This document shows, in pieces, positions 1 to 12,989 of a DNA stretch of 64,000 nucleotides. Position 1 is the first letter of the stretch. The number at the start of each line of letters is the position of its first letter. The DNA is from Clavelina lepadiformis (Eukaryota), in NCBI RefSeq assembly GCF_947623445.1, contig NC_135246.1, positions 18,900,288 to 18,964,287 of the forward strand. The letters are read 5' to 3'. The translations under genes and the position numbers were made by a program. Below the pieces are notes generated by a model, which saw only the letters and a program-made list of their open reading frames with translations, ran no database searches and had not been told where the DNA came from.

Positions 1-1477
1 ATGTGTTATTTTTCCTTTGTTGCGAAGGTTTTGTGTTGATGTTCTCACGATTGCTAAATTCAGCAAATACCGGTTACGGGTCTTGTATACAAATGCACAA
101 CCACAGGACGCCTTTGTGTACTAGAGCCCAGCTAAATAAATTCTGACATCATCTGGTTGTGCACTTCTGCACTAGGCTAGACCAGAATTATGATTTCATT
201 GTTTATAATAGGCTAGTTGCCTGCTGCCACATTAAAATTTGGATCTCTGCAAGCAGGATTTCTCATCGAAAACTGCAATGTTTGCCAGTGTGGTCTATAG
301 TGTGAGTGTACTTTAGTCTCTAACAAGTGTTTTATTTTTTACTATTGTGCACGCACTAATTATAACAGTACCGATAATTGGTAACATAGGCAATTGACTA
401 TTGACTATGGTCTATATTAGGGGTTGGCAAAAGTATTTGATGGAAGAGCCAACTTGCAGAAAACCACAAAACACCAGAGATCTGTAAAAATCAGTTTGTA
501 ATAAGTAATAATACTATTAAGTTTAAATCCAATTTGGCTTTCCATACATGTTTGAAGCGCCTGATTATGCTGGTATTAATGAAGAAGGGGAAAAGAAGCA
601 ACGTTTACACAGACTGCGCTCTTTGAAGCCATTACAATTTTTTTTAATCTTACGATTCAACTCAGCGAGCCACAAAAAACATGTCAGCCACAGTTTGCCC
701 ACCGTTGGTCTATATAATTAATTAATCGAATTTTAAAAATGCAAGGTGATTACACAGATATTCTTGGTGTTTGTTTCGGCTTGTATAGATTTAAGCTATA
801 TATGAAGCACCAAAATAACAGTGTTGGTTTTCATGTCATTACTATGTTGCCACACTGCATTTTTTGACCTTTTTTGACAAGATCTAAGGTCAAAAAATGC
901 CTAAGAGTGTACTTCAAGTGGGCACTCACAAGCTGCCAGGTGCTGGTTTTGATGCTTTAACACAGGGTTGTCCAAACCTTTTTCACTGAATATCTGCAAA
1001 GTTAACCAGTGTCCTGGCCACTTACTATGTTTGAAGATCGTCGCTTGCCTTCAACGCAATGAATATCGTAAAGATCATAAACAAAGGCATTGGCGGAAAA
1101 TTTCATTAATTCTAACTAAAAATGTTAAATAGTACTCCGAGGAAATATCGCCCAAAGCAATAAAAAATCACACAAATGTAGCGACTCACTTGCCCCTGCA
1201 ACACTAACAGGTACCACAAACTCAAAGTTTATGCCGCCCTATATAAATAAAAAACCTTAGAAGAATTAATTTAATGATTTCATTGCAAAATGGGCGGATA
1301 AAGATTGGCAATATTTAAACGTTCTTTGTGGGCGCAGTGATGCGATGGTAAAGACATCACTAGGGCAACCAAAAGTCAATATGGTCAATTTTTTTTTACC
1401 TGCTCAGAATGCTATGAAACAAGCACAAAACAAATTTCAGCTTTGTACGACGTGTGGTATAGAAGTTATTAGGTCAG

Positions 1478-1560
1478 ATAAAGTCAAAATGTTACGTTAG
1501 GTCAAAATACGGTCAAATTGTTTCGTTAGGTCTTTTTTTTAGGTCAAAATCTATTAAACT
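1478..1560. repeat. Tandem array of AGGTCAAAA(T)-containing units (array 1)
   Basis: aggtcagataaagtcaaaatgttacgttaggtcaaaatacggtcaaattgtttcgttaggtcttttttttaggtcaaaatc. A second array at 1862-1960 reads gaggtcaaaatttaaactttttaggtcaaaataaggtcaaaatttgcaaattttaaggtcaaaatttaaaatttttaggtcaaaaaa. Inverted copies occur at 868-900 (ttttttgaccttttttgaca...aaggtcaaaaaatg). Confidence 0.6.
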
Positions 1561-1692
1561 TGTAATTTTGTAACCATTTTGTAATATTATTCTTCCGTTT
1601 TTCTCTTTTCTTGTACCGCAAACAATTCCAGTCCCGCAAATTTTACTTAGAACCCAAGCCACAAAGAGAGGGAAGGCTTTTCAGCGCGTTTG

Positions 1693-1716
1693 GTGACGTC
1701 ACGATGTGACGTCATT
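1693..1716. promoter_or_regulatory. Paired perfect CRE-like palindromes TGACGTCA, about 1 kb 5' of the TMC start
   Basis: ggtgacgtcacgatgtgacgtcattg holds two copies of the 8-bp palindrome TGACGTCA (CREB/ATF consensus, established knowledge) 5 nt apart. Function not demonstrated. Confidence 0.3.
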
Positions 1717-1861
1717 GCATTTGAAACTGCAAGTTATCAATCTTAATACGCAGAAACGAAAAAAAAGTCAACACTAGAAAAGCATTTTGTCATTTTTAAA
1801 TGCAGCTTTAGATTAGAAAGTTGCTGTAGACAGTGTAGAGACTATCAGTATAGCGTTTTTC

Positions 1862-1960
1862 AAAATGAGGTCAAAATTTAAACTTTTTAGGTCAAAATAA
1901 GGTCAAAATTTGCAAATTTTAAGGTCAAAATTTAAAATTTTTAGGTCAAAAAACTGGTTG
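1862..1960. repeat. Tandem array of AGGTCAAAA(T)-containing units (array 2)
   Basis: Six copies of (t)aggtcaaaa with 10-20 nt spacers. Same family as 1478-1560. Confidence 0.6.
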
Positions 1961-2736
1961 CCCTAGACATCACATAAATGCTTCTCAGTCTTTCTGGCTC
2001 TCAGTATATTTTGGTTAAGACTTATAACAATGAAGATGTTTAATTTGTGTACGTGTGTTCGAAAAGTTCCTTTGGTTCTGCCATATTTGATGTAACAGGT
2101 AACAACATTCAACCGTTAACTGCAGTTTACAGGCACCACAGGGTCTTGTGACAGGCGGGACCATAAGAAATTACAGTATTGTGTTGTTCTTGTCCACGCA
2201 ATATCTGCTCAGTATTGTACCGTAACTTAGGTCACCTTACAATTAACCAATGCAAATTAATAATTACCGCCAAATGCTTGGAAAAATAATTTGCACCTGA
2301 ATTGTTTGAAGTTGAACAGTTTTATGTAAGCCATGTTGAAATAAAGTTTGATAGACTTAAACTTCAACTTCATTTGTTTCATATTTCGTTATCTTTGGTA
2401 CGACATTAAGTGTGACCTTAATGATGGCCGCATGCCAATGATAAACAGGTGCCGGTCCGCAGTTGGCCCGTGGGCCGTAGTTTGGACACCCCTGCTTTAA
2501 CAAGCCTACGTCAGCATTTCTGCAAAACATTTTGCTATAAATCATGTAAAAATGCATAAAATATGTGTCCTCAATTGATTAAATGCATACAAAACTCAGC
2601 TAAGTGCGCATGATTGTGCATAATAATTTTCTGTTAAATCGTAATGTGTTTTATGTAATATACAGAGCTGTATGGTCTGTTGTATTTACATTTGTGCAAT
2701 AAATGTGTGTAAAGTCAGCAGGATCTCTGCTAGACG

Positions 2737-5700
2737 ATGAATGTTTATGATACAGAACTGGAGGAACATCCCATCGTAACTCAGCAACATCAGAACTACA
2801 GTACCAATGGTGAGTTAGGTGGGTAGCATTGAATTTAATTTAGCATAACTGTATGTTCTGTACCTTTGTGGAATCCACATAATATACCGTTATATGATTG
2901 ATTTTAAGTATTTGAATTGTCTATTCATACACATATTTCTGAAGTAGACATACATGGAGTAACTTTTGAAAGTCTACAAACATAAAAATTTAACTAAAAA
3001 TCCTTTACTTGAATCGTTGTTTTTGTCTATTTTTTTTCATTCGTCAGAAATTCAGAATCATCAGTTACAACAAAAGAAATAAAGCAATCAGATAAAGAGT
3101 TCTTTGACTAGTTGCTATAGTATTATGCTTTTCACAATGCTCATCAAATAGTCAAGGTCTGTACACTCATGCATATGCAGCTGTTAACTGTTGACATCTG
3201 ATTAACACCCTCTACCCCAGGAAAAATTGAGATCTTTGGCTGAGATGAGATGAGGTGAGGATTTGATCATGGCAAGATATGCTATATACAACCCAAATCA
3301 TGAGAAAAACAGAAGAGAGAAAGAGACCGATACAGAATTACTAAAAACATCCACAGACCATCACAGGACAGCTGGTGCAAGTGTTAAAACAGACAATTGC
3401 TGCAGAATGTTGCAGATAGAGTGTAGTTAGTGTGTTATCGTAAGGTTCTTTCAGCTGTCTTCTCGCTGATGATAATGACAATTACTGGCATGTCAATTAG
3501 TGTTTTATCCTAGTCGGTTTGTCTAACTCAAGTTGTTTTATTGCAGGATACCAAGGTTACACACCTGCTGCAGTTTATCAAGGAAACAATGAATTGGACA
3601 GAGATGATGACCCTTATCAACCCTACCCTCAAGGTGTGTATGATTTCATGTGTACGACAACCCAGTCAATTTATTTGAAGACTGGAAGCTCAGTACTGTG
3701 AATAAATATGACATTTTTGCTGAGTAAATCCTACTCTGTTATCTAATCTGGTTTAATTGCATTGGTTGATTGGTTATTCAGTATTCGGATAATCTTAGAC
3801 TAAGGCAAGCCCTATGAATTTTAGGAATGATATGTTTGAAATTATTTGTTAAGATGCATTACTCCGAAATAGGATGCCTACTGCCAGGGAAGCGGCAAGT
3901 GGCATTGAAGAGATTATCATGGAAATGCCAAGCCGAACAATAAGTGAGAATTCCGTTTCCCCGTCACAATTTTCTTCTTGGGCAATTTCATAAACAAATT
4001 TGAGCAAAATTGTTGAAAACTGATAATTAAAGTTATTCACAAATAAAGTGGCCAGCATTTACATTAGCATTTACATTAGCATTACGTTAGCATTACGTTA
4101 GCATTGCATAGGCCACTAATAATGTTCAAGCTTTTATCCCACTGCAGTTGTTTTGACAAATAATGATGTGTAGCAGGTAAATGTAATGCCAATTTTCTAA
4201 CAGGCAGAGGGATGGGTGGCCATATTGGAACTATGGTCAACGCTACCTTGGCCCGGCGAAGTGCTTCTAGGTATCGCAAACGTCAGTTGGTTACGCAAGG
4301 TACTTTTGATGGAATAGAAAGACCGAACGATGAAATTCAAGAACTTTATGAGGAATTGGCCGATGAACAGACTGGAGGTTAAAACATAAAAAATGCTTAA
4401 GTTTTATTTATCAAATTAAATTCACGTTTAATTCAATTTTTTTTTGAAGTAAAGTTCAGCGCATTAAGACTCCGTTCAGACTAACAGGCTGTGACAGAAC
4501 AAAGAGTTGTTTTACTTTCTATTGTTTTGCTACTTTTATTCATTCTGCACGTTATGTCTTGTTTTGGTTGAATAACTTTTTGATTCGTATAAAAACATTT
4601 TGTTCTTTCAGAAATTGACAATGAAGAGCTCCGACAATTTCCAGTCAGCATGGCCGTGAAAAAACAAGTCAGGTAATGGCTTAGGCTTCGTCTTATTTTC
4701 TTTGTTATTATCATCAAATTACGAATATTTTTATAGTGCGCTGAACATTTAAGATTGTTGATAATGGACATTTTAATTTAAACAGATCTCACGCAAATGA
4801 AAACCGTGAAAAGAAAAAGTCCAGGACCGTTGGTTCCTTTAAGATATGGAGATATAATATGTCAATAGTAAGTGTACCAATTTTTGTGTTAATTTGTAAG
4901 TTGTAGCGGAGATAATTCCATGTCATATTGTAAACAGTGGTTGATTTGTGCTCTTGAAGTCCTGTTTTATTTTGATGTTGTTTTTACAAAATTTGATACT
5001 TCTGTAGTTGATTTCAAACGTTCTGGTGTTAGCTGTTGTGTTTTCTAAGTGGTGTTTTTCAACTAAACTCACAAAGCCTGATGTGATGTCATAATAGGTA
5101 GCAGGAAGTGCCACTTGAATGTGGTGTGTTCACATAATAATAGCTGTTCCATTGTGCATTCTAAAGTGCTATTTTGTCGTTAACGACTGCAGTTCTTGAC
5201 AAAACATTGCACTTAATCTAATGATTGCTTGCCAGTTGCTTCACGCAGGAGCCTAAGATCATGTTTGTTTTAGAAATGGCGTCATTTTAAACAAGACACC
5301 AAGAAATTTGCTCAAAACTTTCGTCTCTGGCAGCACGACCTGAAACAAGTGGAAGGCCACTTTGGCACAGGTATACCATTGTGAGGTCATAATACTACAA
5401 CATCACGTAAATTTGTACAATGAATATTTTCAGTATCCAATAATGTACTCTTGTGTGATTTTTGATTTCAGTCTATTTTCCCAAGCATTGTGACAAGATT
5501 AATCAAATATATGCTTTTATTTCAACAATAAAGTCACCATTTTAAAATTAGATTTTTCTGAAGAGTAAACTTTAAAGCAGTGTTTAATACTGCTGCAGGA
5601 GTAGAAAGAATATGCCAGTGCATGGTTAATAATGTATATGGGCATATGGCATGAGTTATCAAAAGCTGAATTGGGTAAACACTGGGTGCTTTAACTGCTC

Positions 5701-8700
5701 TTTTTCTTACCGACTTTTTTATGTAGGAGATAATCTTTATGTGTTATCTGCAGGAGTGTCATCATACTTCACATTCCTTCGTGGGTTGTTCCTTCTCTCG
5801 ATTCCGTCATTTATCTTCAACTTTGCGTTCATTTCCCTTCCTCAACTTCTCCAGCAACCAAACAGAACGGATCCCAACATCACCTTCACTGGAGAAGAGC
5901 TGCTCACTGGTGCAGTAAGTAATTTCAGTGTGTAGTGTGTGATGTGTTGCTCTAATGACTATAAAAGTGGGCCTTACATCAAAGAAGACTTGTTCTTAAA
6001 CATTCTAAATCTTTGTCTCAAAATATTTCATGTAAAAAGCAATTATCTCCAAACATGTGCACTATGAAATCGCAAATTGTTGACAGGGTATGGCAATGCA
6101 ATTATGATGTCACAACGTGAAATCAGTATGCATTGTGGCTGGTGTTTGGTTCAAGTATGAGTGAAACTTACCAATTTGTGTTGAATTTAGCCTGGTATGT
6201 AGCAGTCAGGGTTTGAGCATGGGAACGTCCAGCAATTCCTTGTTTCAAAGATTTGTTTTTTATGGTATATTCAAAATCACGTATGTAATCTTTCATTGTT
6301 CAATTATCTAATGCAACTAAATGCTGTATAACAATACAAACATGTTGGATATTTTTAAACCAGCCATGTCGAAGAAATAAACTTGGTTACCAAAACCCAA
6401 AGTCCATAAACTACAAGTTCTGTGATATTCCATGTACTCCAATTTTGTCACATTGTATAAATTGTATCATTATCGTGACAAAAGTACCGCGCCCTAGCAT
6501 GTATCGGGCTTATTTTTATAGTTTTACGTGACAATAACTTCTATGATTGGACTACACGGAACGCTTTGGCAATTCAGTACTTATTCTATCTTTTAAGCTT
6601 CTTGCTGTGATTGTAGATCGTTGATTAATATTTAAGGAAAGGATATTTGGTAAAGACTCAGCTACATTTATTGAGCAATAAACTATAAATGTAAGGTGAG
6701 TTCTTTACACTAAACAAACACCAAAGTGAAAACATGGGATCGCATTTATTCAGCATAAGTTTTATTGCCAGGTAAATAACTATTGATCTTTAGCATTTTC
6801 GCTTCAATACTCGTTCTACGTCCCATCTGGAATTTCCCACTTTTTGCTACGCACTATAAAACGCCAAGCATATGTTGTAATAAAGAAATATATTGAAAAG
6901 AAAACCTATGTTAGTGCTGATCTCGTGCAACATTAAATTTGCTTGTGTTTACCATTTACGTCACTGGATGTGTAACTTATTAACCGAAAGGTCTGCCGCT
7001 TGAAAGGTGTTTTCTTGTTAACAATTCAGCATTATGACATCACCCCATAGCTTACAATATTTTTATTTAAATGTACTGAATAGTACTTTTAATGTTGACA
7101 ACATTATTCTTAGTTGGTCGCACAGATTAATGTGTAATTTATGTGTTGGGAACTAGAATTAGTTTATGTTTAGAACTGGCTCACCGAGACCATCATGTAC
7201 TATGGCTACTACATCAATGGGACAATCGAAGCCATACCAGGTTCAGAATATGACATGCCGCTTGCTTACCTTCTTGCCACTGCCGGCTACTTCGTTCTCT
7301 GTCTTATTTTGATCGTTCGAACGTGAGTCCATCATTGACGATTTAATGTTGTTGAATTTTAAAATGCCTGCTGGGTGCAAATACATCGGTCATCTGAAGT
7401 AAACTGAATACTTTTTCTTGTGAAGAATTAGTGAAGATTATTGGTTAAGAAACTTAACCACATTATTTTATACTATTGTGCGCTCACTGTTTTTTTTCAC
7501 CAGTTTATGTGTTAACATTCAGAACGGCGTCATCATTTCGACAAAATTATGTCGACGGGAGAAGTGATTACAATAATTTTATCAGTAAAGTATTCTGTGC
7601 TTGGGACTTTGGAATTACGTCGGAAACTGCCGCCAAACTCCAACATAAAACCATCACCACAGAATTGAAAGTAAGCTTCTGAGAGAGAATGCCATTTCCT
7701 AAATCTTGGATGGAATTTAGGTTTAGCCTTGGCTTGACTTTTTCATACCAAAGCTTACTCTGTGAATTTAGTGGAAGTTTTCTTCAGGCGTCAGTGACTT
7801 CATACTTAAAATTTAACGGTTAATGCAGGAAATTCTGTCTGAGCAAAGACGATCCGGAGAGAGCAGAGATTTTCAGGAGAAGTTGAAGTTTTTCTCCTTG
7901 CGGCTCCTCACTTGGACTCTTTATCTGTCTTTGACTGGTGGTTGCATGGCCCTTGTCTATTTTGTTAATGACTTTTTGCTGGACGACATAAAGGTATGGG
8001 GGACAGTGCACTGAATGTTTATTAACATTTTCCTACTTCTTTTGAGTTACTCTTTCAACGATTTTGTCTTTGTTTTTGCAGAAAGGTTTGGGGGGCATTG
8101 TCATTCTGGAACAAATTGCGCTTGCACTCATAGTGTCTTCGATTAACTTGATTATGCCAATTATCATAAACCTATTGACACATTTGGAGAAGTATAAATA
8201 CCCACGACATGAGATTTACATCGCTGTTTTCAGGTAATTGTCATGTTATGAGGAGTGTTTTCAATTTCTAAACATGCCAAGGGCCTCAAGAATTGGGCCT
8301 TAAAACTTGGGTTTTAGTGGTGGGCCACGTGTTGGGAAAATATGAAAACCACCGACCAATGTTGAAAATATCTCCCAGAGCAGCAGAATAGACTCTAGTT
8401 TTAGATCATAGCTTTTGTATAACATGCATGCGCAAATTGGAATCATTTTTTTATCTCAGTCTTGATAAGAATCATGTTTCATTTTTTTTAGAAATTATAT
8501 TCTTAAAATGGGATTGATTGCTGTGATATGTGCATTCTGGACTGATGATGAATTAAAATCGACTTCAAACGACAACAATGGATCAGCAACTGTAAGTATT
8601 GTCCGCTGCAATATCATTTAAGTGTTTTCTGACAACAGACAAATCATAAACTTTTTGTGCAATTATTCAGACATTTTCTTTTCACCTTTGCTTAACAATG

Positions 8701-11700
8701 TCCGGTTTCAGTGAAAACCACGAAACACAAACACAGCTAATACACTTATAAGCATAAAAGTGCACATTTTTTAACATAAACTTAAACAACTACTCATTAC
8801 AATGCAAATTAAAAGCAAACTTCTAAAAGAATGTTCAATTGAAAGGTGGAGTGCTGGGAAACTGAACTTGGGCAAGAAATTTATCGTCTGGTCATCATTG
8901 ACTTTCTATTCACAATCTTCTTTGCAACATTTTGCGCTGAATTTTTGAGAAAGTGAGTTGTTTTTAAAATGTAAATGTGAGAGCAGTGCTTCACTCTGTC
9001 TAATGCCTTTTTGAAACATTGTATGGATATTGGATGCATAATGTGCTTAGTGCATGTTTAGTTACAAAATCTACGTCATCAAAGGCAACTTTGATGCATA
9101 ATACATAACAGCTTGCAACATACCGCAGGCTTCTCGTGCTCTTACTTGATGGCAAGGAAATGTGCCGAAAGTTGGATCGGGCTGAATTTGCCATCGTCAA
9201 CAGTGTCATGGACTTGATATACGGACAAACTCTATGCTGGTATGTGCTTTAGTCTTGCGCTGAACAGACAACTTGGCGTGTATGAATTGTTTGATTATCG
9301 TATTTAATAGATCAAGTAGCTAGTAAACATGATTAGTTAAGGGGTTATGCTTTTTTCAGGATTGGAGTCTTTTTCTGCCCCCTGTTGGCCGGCATTGTCT
9401 TCATCAAATACTTTTTCATGTTCTACATTAAGAAGGTAACGCTTGACCAGACAAGTCAAAATAGAAACATTAGCTACAAAATTCTAATTGAAAATGCAAC
9501 TTACTAATTAATAAGTGTGTTCGGACAGTTTGCTTGCAGTGATTTCTTGTTTGGCCCAAATGTTTCCCATAGGACCGAGAAAATTTGGTTGGTTAATAGT
9601 CGCTAACGGCAAAACGTTGGAAACGTGCTTCTCTGTTGATCATTTTTATGCTTGAATAGTTTGATTCCTGGATAAATGTCGTAGTCTAACATGATATATG
9701 CATATGCTTTTCACCACGCTTCTTAAGAATAAACAGTACTTTTGCCTGTAGTTAACAACGTAACTTGCAATTTAGCGACTACGGCAGCTAACCACCAGCC
9801 AATGGCTAATGCCAACCGGCTAACAGCTAAAGATAATCAACTAAATTACCAGCCCTAGTTTCCTGCACTGTGAGTGCAATTTTCCCAAAACCTACAAAAT
9901 AACATACTTCGTAACTTTGTTAACTTAATGTTGCCTAAAGTAGATATTTCAAAGCAATTTGATTGATTTTAGAAAATGCTTATAGAATAAAAATGGTTAC
10001 ACCAACTCTGGATATCTCAGGTTATAGAGCAGATAATTCAACCCTACAGCATTGAGCTTTAAAAGCCTACGCTGCATATTCAGTTTTATTGTGCTCCTTC
10101 ACTGGTTTACCATCCGACTTCTTGAATTGAGATCATTTTCAGGTGAGCGTGATGCAGAATTGTCGTCCTTCTCGTAAAAGATGGAGAGGTGGACAGAGCC
10201 AAACAATCTTCATCGGACTGCTCTTGCTGAGCTTCCTGCTGTCTGCTATATTCTTGTGTGTCGTTGTGTTCAGGTTTGTGTTCCTTGAGTATCTTTTTCT
10301 AGTGTTCTGAGTACTCTTTTCTGTGGCTGTGAGTGCCAGTTTTACTGACAACCACTCTACAGATGCTTCGGCTAGCATCGAATCCTTGTTTTACAAGAAG
10401 TCTTACATAGAAGTATAACTACATGAATGTACAATGTACATTTTAACGTGCATAACTGATCGTATTATTATTTTATGTGATGTCATTAGGGAAGTCCCTT
10501 CCACGGCATGTGGACCATATCGTGATCAAGATCGAAGTTACGATGTCGTGGTAAATCTATTTAACTCGCTTTATGCAACGTCGTCAGGACAGTGGTTCGC
10601 GACCATCATGGATATAATTTTCAGTGTCTGGTTCCTCTACTCGGTTGCTGCTGGACTTCTGTAAGTTCCAAACTTCGTGCAACTTTTAGAGAAACTTACA
10701 TGCGCTTTGTGAACATCTGTAAATAATAGCAGCCTGATTTTTTATGGAAAATAATAAACCACTATAATCTACAGACTTACGCGTTTAAAATATATTTCCC
10801 AAAGTTTTTTGATAAACATTTCATCCTCACCAGAATTTGAATGCTAAGTAGCATGGTGATAACATTATTTACATGTCAAAGTCTGATCGTTGTTACCAAC
10901 AATCGAGTTTAAATTAGCGATCAATTGACATCATATTTCATGCAGAGTGTGGGCAGTCATAAAAAGCAGCGAAGCGAAGGGGTACGAAGAGCTTGTGAGG
11001 TCACTTCGAGCTCAAATTGAGCTGCAGGGCGATGACAAACAACTTCTTCTCAAGTGGCTTCAATCGACGGTCGCCAACCAGAACGGGAAGCCTCCTCCCA
11101 CTGGTGGGGCTTTCCAGGGCGGGAAGGAGAATGTAATCGCTTGTTATGTTTTGTTTGAATCAAGACTAGGATGTATTTGTGTGTTGTTGTAACCAGAGTG
11201 TTGAACTGGAGCTGAAGCAACTGTTCAATCACGATTTAGCATCCTGGTCATAGCCTAAATTGTGTTGTTACCAAGTTTTTTTTATCACAGACCCACCCCT
11301 GTTACCTGTTCTAATTGCGCTGAACAAATTCAAAACTCGCTCGAAGAATATTACAGCCATTTACCACAGAATTCTTTTGCAGCATGTCATTCCTATCCTA
11401 CATCATCGTGACTCAGCAAAAAGTACACCCTGTCCGTCCCGATCCGCATCAGCGAGAAACTCGCCCAAGCATGACATCAATGCTCCAATGACTGGCGACG
11501 TCTTGACCTACGTTGACCCCCAGCATGTGCAGGCCAGCCACTTGGTTGGAGAGAGAATGGTAAAATAGAAATGTTATGAAATAGCGCAACATTTATGAGA
11601 CTTACCTGAAGCTCATGAAAGATAAATCACACCACTCCTTTGAACAAATTCTAGCCAGATTGCACTTTAAAGGATATTCAACAAACCTGCAACTTTATCA

Positions 11701-12989
11701 TGATAATGCTGTGATCTTGTTGATATAATTTTGCCTATTTTGCAGCTTCTAGTTAACCTGATAAAAATGTTATAACATAGCAACCTAAATATTTCTTTTA
11801 AAATCTAAATCTAATTTCAATTAAACCCTGAATAGCTAAAATCAACTTTCTGCATACCCATTCTCCTCGCCAAACCGCATAATTTTAGCAATAGCCTGTA
11901 TGACTTAATTAATATGATGGAATAAACTTATTTCTATATAATTAAGCGATTCTTTCAATGGCTTGCAACTTGCTGATACAACATTTTCTTTGGGCAGATG
12001 GCTACAACATCATTTTCAAATCCCTCGCAGATCTCGCTGAGACAGAGAGAACACAAGGATCCTTTGCTACACAAGGCGCTGGCCAATCAGCAACGACCAC
12101 GCAGCATGTTCGTGGAGGGTCAGTGGCTCTTATTGACTCCGTTTATTGTCGTTGTTATGAGGTCATAATGTTTATTTATGAAGTGAGGAAAGTCTTTGCA
12201 CGACTTAAACTCAATGATGGTTCTTCATTGCCCAAGCCCAGGTTACCGAGCTTGTCTTTGGTGCAAGTTCCAAACAGCAAACGTTTTTATTTGTTCTTGC
12301 TGTAATGCCCAAATTTAGAACTGTTCACTTGATCCACTGAACAGGAACATCGTTGATGCCTTGCCTAAGGGCATTGAACACAGGTCGCAATTGTGTGCCA
12401 AGTGCTCTAAGCACTACCAAGCCCACCATAGTGTTGTTATTGCTTCGGTTTCTGTCCAAAGAGTTAGGTTTCAACACAAAATTGACGGCGTTTGCTTTTC
12501 GCAACTAACATTCCTAATCTACTCCAGCTGGTTACGGCTAAAGCAATAATACGGCCAATTGCAACTAGAAGAAAAATTCTATAAACGACCTTCCAATGTG
12601 TAAGATTTTGATCAAGGTTTTATTGCACAGGTGTGCCATCGTCTTACGACACACAGAGAAGAAATAGCTTCGCTGGAGCTTCTGTGGACTTGGAAGACTT
12701 GGATACGGTACGAACCATGAATCTATTGTAAATGCTGTGAAACGGAGATGAAACCCCTGTTACCCCAAATGATTTGTAAAAATTCGATTAGATAGTTCAA
12801 ACTTGCTGGACAACTCAGGTTTGTAAATGATGAAAAAAAATCTTTTTGCATCAGGAAACCGTCTACGAGGAAATTTTAAGTGATCCAAATGGTCCATCTC
12901 CACTATTGCTTGCTCTTTCGGCCAAAGTTCAAGCGGAAAAAAGTCAATCAAGTGAGCAGCGGCCTGGTTACGGTCGTGGCGGATATTAG
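2737..12989 (+). CDS. Transmembrane channel-like (TMC family) protein, about 919 aa, 22-exon model
   Basis: Exons (+): 2737-2809, 3547-3633, 4204-4377, 4612-4672, 4786-4867, 5274-5370, 5754-5914, 7174-7322, 7523-7670, 7829-7993, 8082-8233, 8492-8591, 8846-8953, 9112-9239, 9360-9435, 10143-10273, 10490-10660, 10946-11132, 11383-11559, 11999-12119, 12631-12707, 12855-12989 (stop TAG). Summed length is 2760 nt, divisible by 3, and the splice phases chain consistently through all 22 exons with GT donors and polypyrimidine-AG acceptors. Diagnostic TMC motifs: exons 6-7 give ...LWQHDLKQVEGHFGTGVSSYFTFLRGLF (compare TMC ...[20 protein letters not shown]); exon 8 gives MYYGYYINGT; exon 9 gives KVFCAWDFGI (TMC CSWDY); exon 13 gives VECWETELGQEIYRLVIIDFLFTIFFATFCAEFLRK, the TMC-domain CWETxVGQElYrL signature. 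Seen in sequence: the first ATG at 2737 follows an in-frame TAG. Which TMC paralogue this is cannot be decided by eye. Confidence 0.75.
4055..4103. repeat. Short tandem repeat (about 12-mer catttacattag / cattacgttag, 4 copies) in a TMC intron
   Basis: catttacattagcatttacattagcattacgttagcattacgttagcattgcatagg. Confidence 0.7.
8846..8953 (+). CDS. TMC exon 13 encoding the TMC-domain signature (CWET...GQE.YRL)
   Basis: ag|GTGGAGTGCTGGGAAACTGAACTTGGGCAAGAAATTTATCGTCTG...GAGAAA|gtgagt translates to VECWETELGQEIYRLVIIDFLFTIFFATFCAEFLRK. This is the hallmark motif of TMC proteins (established family knowledge). Confidence 0.85.

Noticed and set aside
11958-12305. 115-aa ORF (MACNLLIQHFLWADG...) in the TMC 3' region
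   Set aside because: Only the portion 11999-12119, read in a different frame, fits the TMC splice-phase chain. The long ORF frame does not connect to flanking exons and looks non-protein-like.
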